Shown here one piece after another: positions 19,920-28,114 of a stretch of DNA of 64,000 bases (position 1 is the stretch's first letter; each line of letters begins with the position of its first letter). The stretch comes from a virus (Duplodnaviria > Caudoviricetes), in the IMG/VR virus record IMGVR_UViG_3300044711_000026, positions 4,999-68,998 of that record. The stretch is one strand, 5' to 3'. Below the pieces are notes generated by a model. That model searched no databases. It was not told the origin of the DNA and was given only the letters and a program-made list of their open reading frames with translations. Position numbers and translations under genes: made by a program.

Positions 19920-21664
19920 TACGTCAGCCCAAAGATTTTGATCGTTCCGGTCTGGATGTTGCCGGAGTTGAAGGAGAAGTTAACCCCAGTAACCGGGTTG
20001 GAGTTGCCGTCAAAGATCCCATAGACGTTACAGGCTGCGAGCGTTGTTGTGCTCACCCCAGTCGATGCGATAATGTGAGTCAGCATGCCGCTGATCGTCT
20101 TCCTGTTGGCGCTCCCCGCTGGATTGTAGAGATACATATTCCCGGTGATGCCGTAGAACGACGTATTCGTTACCAAGGTCGTCGCCGCCTGACCGGACAA
20201 GATGAATGCGGTTGTGCTGAACAGGTTGTTGACGGATACGACATTGACCAGAGACAGGTAGGACCCAACAATAAAATTTGATCCGCTCGTCGCGACCTGC
20301 ATTTGAAAAATTGTACTGTTGGTCGCTGGCGCAACATTGTCCATTACGAACAGGTACGATCTGTATGCAGAGGTAAAACTCGTCGTGTCGTTGGTGGACG
20401 CAACGTTGTTAGGTGACAACGTGTTCAAAAGGACCATGCCGCCCTGCGAAGACAAGACGCCCGTTCCACTTGCTACGACTATTCCAGTCGCTAGGCTTGA
20501 AAGCGTGGTCGTGCCGCTGACAGTCAAGAGGCCGGTCAATGTAGACGTGCCAACCACTCCGAGTGAACCGGTAATGGTAGACGTGCCAACAACACCAAAT
20601 GCCCCCGTGAAGAGCGACGTCCCCACCACACCGAAAGTCGACGTAAACAAAGTTGTGCCAACTACACCGAATGTTCCTGAAGTGAAAAGCGTGGTGCCGA
20701 CCACGTTATGAACGCCAGTCATGACCGACGTTCCAACAACGCCTAACGATCCGGTGAAGAGTGACGTACCAACTACACCGAATGTTCCGGTCACAAGCGT
20801 GGTGCCTTGAACGCCCAGCACAACGCTTCCTGTAAGGCCTGCTGTGCCTATGGCAACGCCGCCGCCATTTGGGCTGAGAACGATAGAAAAGTTTGATGCT
20901 AGGTTATTGCCAGTTCTGGCTTGCAACCATGCATTTCCGGTTCCGTATGATCCATGATCAAATACGACGCCTGAAACAATAACTCTGAACGCAACATTGG
21001 GATCGGTTGTCCCGGTCGTAGCTGGGGCACCAAAATTAGGCCACCCGACCGAAAGATTCCCCGCAGAGACCACGGCTCCTATCGATAATGCCAAAGAGCT
21101 TCCGGTCGCCGTTCCTATGTTTGGTGTAACCAGAACCAAGGATGACGTGAGGTTGGCCGAAACGACACCGGAGGTGTCGATCTGTCCTGAGCCGATGGCA
21201 AAGGCCGTCATATTCGCTCTGAGGACAGCACCCGCATCAATCTGCGCAGAGCCAATAGCTGCTGAGGTTATATTGGCCCTCTGGACCGCCAAGGCTCCAA
21301 GCTGCGTGCTCCCAATTGCTCCGGAGGCGATCTGGGTTGACGAGATGCCCTGATTGGCAACGAATGCAACGATTGAAGTAGCGCTTCCAGTCGTGGCCAG
21401 AGAGGTGCCGACCGCGACAAATTGAGTGATGCTGCTCCACGTAGACGAGAAATTGCTGGCGTTCGTCTTGTTGAGGATTTGCCCCGTTCCCCCTCCTGTC
21501 GGCAGCCCTGCGACAAGAGAGGTGAGTTGCCCCAAAGAGAGCTGCACCGACACGCCAACACCGGCCGTGGTCTGCACAGCCTCAATCAGTTCTGCTCCCG
21601 TGATCGATGTACCGATCGGAAGGTCAACGATTCTGACGACTGCTGGTAAGGTCGTGGCGACCAT
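19919..21664 (-). CDS. long tail fibre, Ser/Thr/Gly-rich with tandem repeats
   Basis: 581 aa with 10-aa and 12-aa repeat blocks. Confidence 0.75.
   Translation of the reverse strand: MVATTLPAVVRIVDLPIGTSITGAELIEAVQTTAGVGVSVQLSLGQLTSLVAGLPTGGGTGQILNKTNASNFSSTWSSITQFVAVGTSLATTGSATSIVAFVANQGISSTQIASGAIGSTQLGALAVQRANITSAAIGSAQIDAGAVLRANMTAFAIGSGQIDTSGVVSANLTSSLVLVTPNIGTATGSSLALSIGAVVSAGNLSVGWPNFGAPATTGTTDPNVAFRVIVSGVVFDHGSYGTGNAWLQARTGNNLASNFSIVLSPNGGGVAIGTAGLTGSVVLGVQGTTLVTGTFGVVGTSLFTGSLGVVGTSVMTGVHNVVGTTLFTSGTFGVVGTTLFTSTFGVVGTSLFTGAFGVVGTSTITGSLGVVGTSTLTGLLTVSGTTTLSSLATGIVVASGTGVLSSQGGMVLLNTLSPNNVASTNDTTSFTSAYRSYLFVMDNVAPATNSTIFQMQVATSGSNFIVGSYLSLVNVVSVNNLFSTTAFILSGQAATTLVTNTSFYGITGNMYLYNPAGSANRKTISGMLTHIIASTGVSTTTLAACNVYGIFDGNSNPVTGVNFSFNSGNIQTGTIKIFGLT
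20492..20820 (-). repeat. ~9 tandem 12-aa repeats (F/L)GVVGT(S/T)(L/T)(F/I/L)TG in the tail fibre
   Basis: LGVQGTTLVTGT / FGVVGTSLFTGS / LGVVGTSVMTGV / HNVVGTTLFTSGT / FGVVGTTLFTST / FGVVGTSLFTGA / FGVVGTSTITGS / LGVVGTSTLTGL / LTVSGTTTLSSL. Confidence 0.9.
21140..21355 (-). repeat. ~7 tandem 10-aa repeats (IGSxQI..A alternating with VxRAN..A) in the tail fibre
   Basis: ISSTQIASGA IGSTQLGALA VQRANITSAA IGSAQIDAGA VLRANMTAFA IGSGQIDTSG VVSANLTSS. Confidence 0.8.
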
Positions 21665-21667
21665 TAA

Positions 21668-22054
21668 TTACCTCTGTCCATCGACTACACCGCCTTGAAC
21701 CGTTGCTATAAGATTGACGTTATAGCCGTGCGGATACTGCATGATAACACGGATTCTTCCGTCCATGGTGTAGCGTGTCGAGACGGGCTGCTCATCAATG
21801 AAATATTGCTCAGGCCTTGCATTCATCAGGGGCATAGGATCAGGACCGAGCAGAGCTGGAGAGCCCAACTGGCGCTGCGGAATGTCGAGTTCGTCCTCAT
21901 GCACCAGAACGCGGGTGTTCTGGAGCTTCGGACCTCGCCACTCATACTGGAACTTCATGTTGGCGAGGTTGCCAACCATTCCGTTTCGATCTGAGGACCC
22001 CCAGCCTTGCGGCCAGAACGGATCGACCGCAGCGCGCCGCGGCTTGCGTCTCAT
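21668..22054 (-). CDS. neck-region conserved protein
   Basis: ATGA-coupled to the adaptor; QYEWRGPKLQNTRVLV..D.PQ..QL. Confidence 0.6.
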   Translation of the reverse strand: MRRKPRRAAVDPFWPQGWGSSDRNGMVGNLANMKFQYEWRGPKLQNTRVLVHEDELDIPQRQLGSPALLGPDPMPLMNARPEQYFIDEQPVSTRYTMDGRIRVIMQYPHGYNVNLIATVQGGVVDGQR

Positions 22055-22746
22055 GACCAATATCCTCCGAACTTGGGAATGATCCGGATCGGAACATTCT
22101 CGATGTCCTGAGTGGCCGCGAAGTTCCAGGCCTCCGTATAGTCGGCCTTCAGGCCTGCCATCTTGTCCGGCGCGAACGACCTCGAAAGCCGATAGGCAAG
22201 GCCGGCACAGAGCGCATCAAACCAGCGGTTCGGAACGTCTGGAGTCTCGCCGCCTGGAATATTAGCGTCCTGCACGTTCACGCAGGCATAGTAGTTGATG
22301 TAGTACGGTCCTCCATTGTCTGCGACCGGATACGTGGTCAAGGTCGGTGTTTCCTGCCGATTGAACCAGTATTGAGTTGGCGGTGCCTGTGTCTGCTTCA
22401 TCGGATATGCCGCGTAATCGTCGCGGCTGATCGGCGACATGAAGATGTCAGTCTGGCTGGTCGTGCCCTGCTGAGTGCTACGATAGGCATCCAGAACCAT
22501 CACAACGCGAGCCGGAAGCGTGTAGGTAGCGGTGCCTTGGGTCAGAAGCTGGGAGTTAAGCTCCACCTTCCATAGGTTCACTTGGCGGTTAGACCATTCA
22601 GAACCAAGCATCAGGTTGAGTTGCCGGCGTGCGCTGTAGAAGTGCCGCTGCTCAAGCATCGCCATGCCGATGCCGCATCGATCGAAAGCGTCGATGACTG
22701 CTTCGCCGTTGCTGATGGAGAAGTTATAGGTGCCGGAGCTGGTGAT
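22051..22746 (-). CDS. head-tail adaptor/connector protein with non-canonical ATC start
   Basis: frame continues upstream as (I/M)TSSGTYNFSISNGEAVIDAFDRCG; AGGAGG SD 5 nt before ATC; in-frame TAA just upstream; ARRQLNLMLGSEWSNRQVNLW, RWFDALCAGLAYRL. Confidence 0.75.
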   Translation of the reverse strand: MTSSGTYNFSISNGEAVIDAFDRCGIGMAMLEQRHFYSARRQLNLMLGSEWSNRQVNLWKVELNSQLLTQGTATYTLPARVVMVLDAYRSTQQGTTSQTDIFMSPISRDDYAAYPMKQTQAPPTQYWFNRQETPTLTTYPVADNGGPYYINYYACVNVQDANIPGGETPDVPNRWFDALCAGLAYRLSRSFAPDKMAGLKADYTEAWNFAATQDIENVPIRIIPKFGGYWS

Positions 22747-22758
22747 GGAGGCCTCCTG

Positions 22759-23106
22759 TTATCGAGGTAGCCCCGCTTGCACAAAGGTCGCGACGAATAT
22801 GCTTGTCGCCGTGGCCGTGACGACATTGATTCGCATGGCCTGCACGGGAGTGGTATAATTGGCCGTAGCGTTGGCGCCGGTCAAGGCGACGATGTTCCAC
22901 CATGTCGCATTGGCCGCAGCGGTGCCAAGGGTCCCCAGTGTTCCCAGATCGATCTTGTCAAATGTTACATCAACGGTGGCGGTCCCGTTGACGCCAGTAG
23001 TGCCGGTGACAACCGAAATTCCAACCTGAAATGGAGAAATCGTCCAATCGGGGAAATATACGAAACTTCCAGTCCCGTTGACGGTGGCGGCTGCCGGCAT
23101 GCCCAT
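22759..23106 (-). CDS. Thr/Val-rich beta-strand virion protein
   Basis: 115 aa, YTTPVQAMRINV. Confidence 0.65.
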   Translation of the reverse strand: MGMPAAATVNGTGSFVYFPDWTISPFQVGISVVTGTTGVNGTATVDVTFDKIDLGTLGTLGTAAANATWWNIVALTGANATANYTTPVQAMRINVVTATATSIFVATFVQAGLPR

Positions 23107-23115
23107 CGCGCTATC

Positions 23116-23361
23116 CTATGTCCTGCGCGGCTTGTCTGCCCTCTGGCTTACGCAGCCGCCCTCCATCTTCATTTCGATGCCTGGAAACTTCCGGTGCACC
23201 TTGGCTTTGACCTTGGCTTTGAGCGCTGGAGATCCGTGCTGAGAAACCCGCGCCAGCGCATTTCTGGCGTGGCTCTTATCTTCAATTGGGTAGCTGCGGT
23301 CAGGTCCGGCAAAATCCTTTGTCGGGATTTTCTTCCGGGCCTTGGCCGTCAGCTTGGTCAT
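23116..23361 (-). CDS. small basic head-associated protein
   Basis: KARKKIPTKDFAGPDRSYPIEDKSHARNALARVSQ; contains KMEGGCV. Confidence 0.7.
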   Translation of the reverse strand: MTKLTAKARKKIPTKDFAGPDRSYPIEDKSHARNALARVSQHGSPALKAKVKAKVHRKFPGIEMKMEGGCVSQRADKPRRT

Positions 23362-23705
23362 TTCGGAGTGCCGCCATACGTGTCGGCGGGACTAGACGAC
23401 CCGGCGCAGCTCGCCGAGTTATGAGCGGTCGATAGCGGAGACCGATTGGCACCAACCGCACCACCCGACTTGCGGCCTGGCCGATCCAGACGCGCCTTCA
23501 CGCCGCCACCGGCCATCAGGCCGATGACCTTGCCGCCGGTCGCACGCTTCTTCTTGACCTTACCGCCCTTCTTGTGGCCGGTCTCCGCGCCATCTTCGTC
23601 GTCATCGGCCTCGCGCAGCACTTCCGGATTCCCGGAAGCCACCATACCGATCCGGCCGCCCTTCTTGCGCTCGGTCTTAACTTGCATACCGCCGTGCTTA
23701 GCCAT
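23358..23705 (-). CDS. small basic KKGG-repeat protein
   Basis: AGGAGG SD; KHGG, KKGG x2, RATGG, RKSGG motifs. Confidence 0.75.
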   Translation of the reverse strand: MAKHGGMQVKTERKKGGRIGMVASGNPEVLREADDDEDGAETGHKKGGKVKKKRATGGKVIGLMAGGGVKARLDRPGRKSGGAVGANRSPLSTAHNSASCAGSSSPADTYGGTPK

Positions 23706-23718
23706 CTAGGCCTCCTGA

Positions 23719-24963
23719 TTAAATCTGAGCCGTGCCGAGGATCGGCGCCGTATTGAGCGGGGTAGCAGCCGCCGCGCTGTAGACCGGCATTGTCACCGCC
23801 ATGAACAGGCGCCGCGCGCCATCTGTCGGAACCGCAAACGCTGTGGATGCATTGAGCGTGCCACGAACGTCAGCCGTCGAGGTCGATGCAGACGTGCCGA
23901 GCGCCTTGGTCCAGCCAGCATTGTTGATGACCGAGGTTCCGCCGAACCGATAGTCAGCGTATTCCCACTTGTCCGACCGCAGGTTGAACCCGAAGATATC
24001 CGAGATTCCAACCACGACGTTCGCGGGGGTTACAGTGGTCGCGGCCGTCACAACCTTGATGGATGATACGTACTTGAAGGCCTTCTTGCCGTTGACCGTG
24101 TTGGTTCCGTTCGCCGTGATCAGTTCAGACATGGCGTTGAAGTACATGTCATAACCAGCGACAACAAGGGCCGTGGTTCCTGACCCGATCGACGCCGCCG
24201 TGACAGACAGGGCTCGGGCCGAGCCCTCCAGAGGATTGAACGGCAGGGCAAAGCCAGCCACGCGATACGGATCAGAAGCGTTCGCTGAAGCCGCTGCGGG
24301 GCCGAACTGAGTGGCTGGCGGCAGGAACTGGCTGTACAGGTTGCCCTGTCCAATCGGCGCATGGCTGAGCGCGGTAGCCGCCACAGGGCTGATCGTGATC
24401 AGCGCACTGTTCGCATTGGTCGACAGCGATTGGACCTGAGCGAACAGGGCCACGTTGGTTGCACCTGCCGAGCCCGCGCCTCCAATCACGACCCACTGGC
24501 CAACCGAAAACAGCGTGTTATCATTCACGATCACGGTTGAAGAGTTCGCCGCAGTCGTTCCGGTCGCAAACCCGAAATCAACAGCCGAAACCGTCGTGGC
24601 CACCGACGTACCAACGGGGATGATCGGAATGCCAGGGGTCCACACCTGAACGCCTGCAGCCGTGCCAAGAACCGCAGTGGTCAGAGTCAGCGCAACGCCT
24701 GCAGTCGTTGACGGCGCCTGAGCAGCCGCCACCGTTGTCGTGCTGTTCGACGAAGGAATGACATCAGTCAGCACGATGTAAGGGTTGTTGAACCACCCTT
24801 TTATCGCACCAGGCGCCATACCATCCTTGTTCGCAGGCGAGAACGACGGATTGGCAACAACGCCGCCCTGATAGTCGATCGAGGGGCCGTCAAGCGGCTC
24901 GACCCGCCCATCCATCAAGGACCCGACGTTCGCGACAGGCCCGCGGAATAGTGATTCAGCCAT
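23719..24963 (-). CDS. Thr/Ala-rich capsid-associated (decoration/fibre) protein
   Basis: 414 aa from MAESLFRGP; VNGKKAFKYVSSI; follows the capsid gene. Confidence 0.7.
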   Translation of the reverse strand: MAESLFRGPVANVGSLMDGRVEPLDGPSIDYQGGVVANPSFSPANKDGMAPGAIKGWFNNPYIVLTDVIPSSNSTTTVAAAQAPSTTAGVALTLTTAVLGTAAGVQVWTPGIPIIPVGTSVATTVSAVDFGFATGTTAANSSTVIVNDNTLFSVGQWVVIGGAGSAGATNVALFAQVQSLSTNANSALITISPVAATALSHAPIGQGNLYSQFLPPATQFGPAAASANASDPYRVAGFALPFNPLEGSARALSVTAASIGSGTTALVVAGYDMYFNAMSELITANGTNTVNGKKAFKYVSSIKVVTAATTVTPANVVVGISDIFGFNLRSDKWEYADYRFGGTSVINNAGWTKALGTSASTSTADVRGTLNASTAFAVPTDGARRLFMAVTMPVYSAAAATPLNTAPILGTAQI

Positions 24964-26095
24964 ATGAGCCCTCAAAGTTTGGTGTGGCTACCAGAAGCCA
25001 GTCGCGCTTCGGATCGCGGAACGGAATGACCTGTGGCTGATACCTCCGGAGATAGGTAGCAGCCTTTGTCAGGACTTCGGGATCATCGCAGGCATATCCG
25101 ATTGCAAGGTTGCAGCCAGAGCAGAGCAGACCGCGCACCGCGCCAGTGGTGTGGTTGTGGTCAACCGAGAGCATGCGGATGACGCCGTTCTCAACCCGCG
25201 TCTCTGGCTTCTCGCAGATCGCACAAACGCCCTTCTGGTCTACTAACATGCGCTGATATTCGACGATATCGATGCCGTACTTCTTGCGGAAGTCGCGATC
25301 TCTGAGTTGGTCCTTGTTCGCTGCGTAATTTGCCTTGGCGTAAGCGCGCTTTCCTTCAACGCCATCGGCCACCGGGTGACCGTCAGATGCCCACCGATAG
25401 TTACCAGGACCGATCGGCCGGCTGGAATCGATCGCTGCGATTGCATACCGACGTTCTGGAACGTCAGTCACCTCGGCCGCGAACTCTTCAAACGAGGCCC
25501 AGCCAATGATAATTCCCTGCCCAACAAGATTAGCCCAAGCCGCACGTTGGCGTTTTTCGATTCGAAGAGCTTCAAACACGGCCTCGGTCTTAATTGCATC
25601 AGTCGCGCCTGAAAGACGTGAATAAGCGTCGGTCACCACGATTGACGCATCTTCAGGGCTGTCAAAATTCATTCCAAGAGACACTTGTTTTGTTTTCCAA
25701 GTAATCTTGGCTTGCCACTTGTTGTGTGGCGCGACGCTTACACCCTGAAACCCGCTCGTGTTATTTTTGTTTTTACCACGGGCATGCTGCAATTCAGATC
25801 GTTCTACTTCCTTTAGATTTTCAAACCTCAAGTTATCAAAGTTCCCATCAACTGGGCGAACATCTTTCGACGAAAAATCTCCCTTGACATAGAACCATGC
25901 TAGCCGATGGGCCATGAACTTTTCACCGTCTACGGCAATGTAACGGCCGCCAGTAGGGCGATGCACCACGCCAGCTACAGATCCAACTTTTACGCGATTT
26001 GAAGTGCTTACTTTCCAAGTGAAAACGCCAACCGCTGGATCAAAATCCAGCAATTCAAGAAGGCGCTTGTGGGTCAGCTTGGTCACGCGTGTCAT
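24956..26095 (-). CDS. composite homing endonuclease: degenerate HNH + AP2-like + endonuclease VII domain
   Basis: LLDFDPAVGVFTW...MAHRLAWFY (HNH core decayed); NTSGFQGVS..KWQAKIT; KYGI..EY..ML..QKGVCAICE...LSVDHNHTTGAVRGLLCSGCNLAIG. Confidence 0.85.
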   Translation of the reverse strand: MTRVTKLTHKRLLELLDFDPAVGVFTWKVSTSNRVKVGSVAGVVHRPTGGRYIAVDGEKFMAHRLAWFYVKGDFSSKDVRPVDGNFDNLRFENLKEVERSELQHARGKNKNNTSGFQGVSVAPHNKWQAKITWKTKQVSLGMNFDSPEDASIVVTDAYSRLSGATDAIKTEAVFEALRIEKRQRAAWANLVGQGIIIGWASFEEFAAEVTDVPERRYAIAAIDSSRPIGPGNYRWASDGHPVADGVEGKRAYAKANYAANKDQLRDRDFRKKYGIDIVEYQRMLVDQKGVCAICEKPETRVENGVIRMLSVDHNHTTGAVRGLLCSGCNLAIGYACDDPEVLTKAATYLRRYQPQVIPFRDPKRDWLLVATPNFEGSYG

Positions 26096-26166
26096 CTTTC
26101 CAATCCTCCAGTTTCAACATCATACTTATCGCATGATGCCCGGAGGCATGTCAATCCAAAAGAATA

Positions 26167-27081
26167 TCAAGCAGTAGGGAACTCGCCCCATGCCGCTCTT
26201 GGATCGTTTATACCAAAGCTATACCTTTCATAACTTTTGACCAAAAGATTATCGGTCACATTATCAACCCACATATCGCTCTCATACGGAATGCGCAGCA
26301 TGTGGATGAGCCCCTCGATGTTCGTGGTGAGGAACCACGCGAAATTCGAGGTGAGGAAGTCGAGAACGATGAAGCCCTCGGGGAGGCCGCCGGAGAGCGA
26401 CAGGATGGCGTTGACGTCGTTGTCCGCGGTGCCGGGGCGCAGCTCGGTCTTGGTGAGGCGGATCGCGACCGCTTCAAGGTTGGCCGGCACGACGAGCTTG
26501 CGTGCGCGGGCCAAGATCCTCATGCCGCGTTCGTTGACGAACTGGGCGCGAACGTTGGTCATGTTCGCGAGCAGCGTCGATTCATTCAGAGACTTCGGCG
26601 TGCTGGACGTGTTGGCCCATGTTCCACCGTCATAGGGATGTGAGGTGGAGAAGAATGCGACGCCGTCGCCGACCTGGCTCGAGTTGTAGGTCGTGCCGAG
26701 ATTGAAGATGTTGGCGGCCTGAATTTCCTTGAATTGCGCGAACGCTTCCTGGAGCTTCAGGTTGGTCGGGTTGAACTGGGCCTTGTACAGGTTGTCGTCG
26801 ATTGCCTTGCGCGTGATCGCGTAGCCAAGAGCCACTTCCACATGGATAAATGCCCAAGTGAAGCGCTCGCCAGCGTTGTTGTCGAACTGGGTTGCCGCGC
26901 CCTCGTCCTTGAGGTATGGCAGCGCCACGAACGCCATCTGAGTAGAGCGCTCGACCGCCATTGAGGACTTGTGGGTCTTGAAGACCTTGTCCCACTGACG
27001 GGGTATCATGTCGTAGCTGCCGCGGACATCGAAGAGGCCCGGAAGCAATTCCGACCGAACGTTTGCAAGTGAAATCGGCAC
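26167..27081 (-). CDS. major capsid protein
   Basis: 304 aa, AGGAGG SD + GTG; ELLPGL, EVALGYAITRKAIDDNLY, LVVPANLE, SYERYSFG..DPRAAWG. Confidence 0.9.
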   Translation of the reverse strand: MPISLANVRSELLPGLFDVRGSYDMIPRQWDKVFKTHKSSMAVERSTQMAFVALPYLKDEGAATQFDNNAGERFTWAFIHVEVALGYAITRKAIDDNLYKAQFNPTNLKLQEAFAQFKEIQAANIFNLGTTYNSSQVGDGVAFFSTSHPYDGGTWANTSSTPKSLNESTLLANMTNVRAQFVNERGMRILARARKLVVPANLEAVAIRLTKTELRPGTADNDVNAILSLSGGLPEGFIVLDFLTSNFAWFLTTNIEGLIHMLRIPYESDMWVDNVTDNLLVKSYERYSFGINDPRAAWGEFPTA

Positions 27082-27137
27082 CTATGGCCTCCTGTGTCAA
27101 CTCGGCGCCGTGGAGCGCCGCATTAGAATTGCGACGC

Positions 27138-27737
27138 TTAAACCGTACCTGTCGCACCCGCCTGGTAGAGGGTGTTGTTCATCTTCACGATGACCCAGTT
27201 GTAGTTGGTGGTCGGGTCAGAACCGTTGCCAATGCCCGGGTAGAGATACATGACCTTGAACGCGAGCGTGTTCGTGCTGGCGAGCGTCGATTGGTCGATC
27301 GTGTAAGTGGAGAATCCGCCGCCGACCGTGGTGCCGCCGGCTCCGGTGGAGAAACTGGCATTGTTTCCAACCGCGGTCGCGGGGACGGCCGTCAGGAGTG
27401 CCGCAACCTTGAACAAGGCATTGGGCGCATCAATGACGTATGCCGTTGAGTCGCCACCTGCAGCCGCTGCTGGGTACCATGGGAGCCAGCCCGGGACGCC
27501 GCCGACCGGCGTATACTGGCAGCCTTGGAAAATCCCCACCATCGTCGTCGCCGTGGTGCTAACCATCGGCTTGATGTAGTTGCCACCCGAACCAACGGAG
27601 GCGATGACCGGATCGCCGAAGAAAATGGCGGTGTGATAGGTCGACTGAATGGCGTACTTGGAAAGCTGGTAGTCGGGAGCACCCCCCGGCAGGTAGCCGA
27701 AGTGCGCGAAGCCGAACTGCGCTTGGGTGTTAGCCAT
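27138..27737 (-). CDS. capsid cement/spike-type structural protein
   Basis: MANTQAQFGF...Y.IQSTYHTAIFFGDPV...GIFQGCQY...VIDAPNALF; directly upstream of the capsid gene. Confidence 0.7.
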   Translation of the reverse strand: MANTQAQFGFAHFGYLPGGAPDYQLSKYAIQSTYHTAIFFGDPVIASVGSGGNYIKPMVSTTATTMVGIFQGCQYTPVGGVPGWLPWYPAAAAGGDSTAYVIDAPNALFKVAALLTAVPATAVGNNASFSTGAGGTTVGGGFSTYTIDQSTLASTNTLAFKVMYLYPGIGNGSDPTTNYNWVIVKMNNTLYQAGATGTV

Positions 27738-27796
27738 GACAAGCCCTTGACTTTTAAGGCCTCGTCCAGCGCTTGCCGGGGTGCGATTGCCAGAAA

Positions 27797-27881
27797 GTCA
27801 CAACGGCTTGTTGCGACAGAATGCCAAGGGACGATCTATCGTCTGCCTTTGGCTGCTCGACCTCCTGCCACAGGCGGGAGG
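27797..27881 (-). ncRNA. structured 5' leader (three consecutive hairpins) of the capsid transcript
   Basis: stems at 27861-27881, 27823-27853 and 27797-27817 (GUCGCAAC/GUUGUGAC, G-U pair only on the minus strand). Confidence 0.5.
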
Positions 27882-27896
27882 GAACTGAATTGCGGC

Positions 27897-27925
27897 AAAA
27901 TGCAAGAAGATTCAGTGATTGTCAA
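27897..27925 (-). promoter_or_regulatory. putative sigma70-type promoter for the capsid genes
   Basis: TTGACA-N17-CATTTT on the minus strand. Confidence 0.55.
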
Positions 27926-27966
27926 GTGGGGGGCAAGGCGATCACAGCCCATTCCCAGAGACTATA

Positions 27967-27994
27967 GCCCCTCCCGACTTTCGGCGAGAGGGGC
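27967..27994 (-). terminator. strong GC-rich hairpin (terminator or stabiliser; no U-tract)
   Basis: GCCCCUCUCG/CGGGAGGGGC 10-bp stem capped by C-GAAA-G. Confidence 0.45.
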
Positions 27995-28000
27995 ACTTGT

Positions 28001-28080
28001 CAAATGGGGTGGGATTCGAACCCACTATCTAAGCCACTGTTAGTTGGGCCACGCTGTACCACGCCAAGCTCCACCATTTG
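28001..28080 (-). tRNA. tRNA-like element/atypical tRNA (degenerate anticodon arm, no encoded CCA)
   Basis: perfect T-arm GUGGG-UUCGAAU-CCCAC; closing stem GUCAAAUGG/CCAUUUGAC; D-like arm GCU..UGGUAC..AGC; ~79 nt. Confidence 0.55.
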
Positions 28081-28114
28081 ACTTGTTCTTATTGCCGCTG
28101 GCAGCATTGCAAAC

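Noticed and set aside
20492-20820. Periodic DNA resembling a CRISPR array or DGR repeat
   Set aside because: Period is 36 nt in frame within the tail fibre, with synonymous divergence; no unique spacers, cas genes or reverse transcriptase
28001-28080. Amber-suppressor tRNA or two-piece tmRNA interpretation
   Set aside because: CUA lacks the preceding U33 and a 5-bp stem; no G3-U70 alanine identity or tag ORF; TAG stops in this genome behave normally
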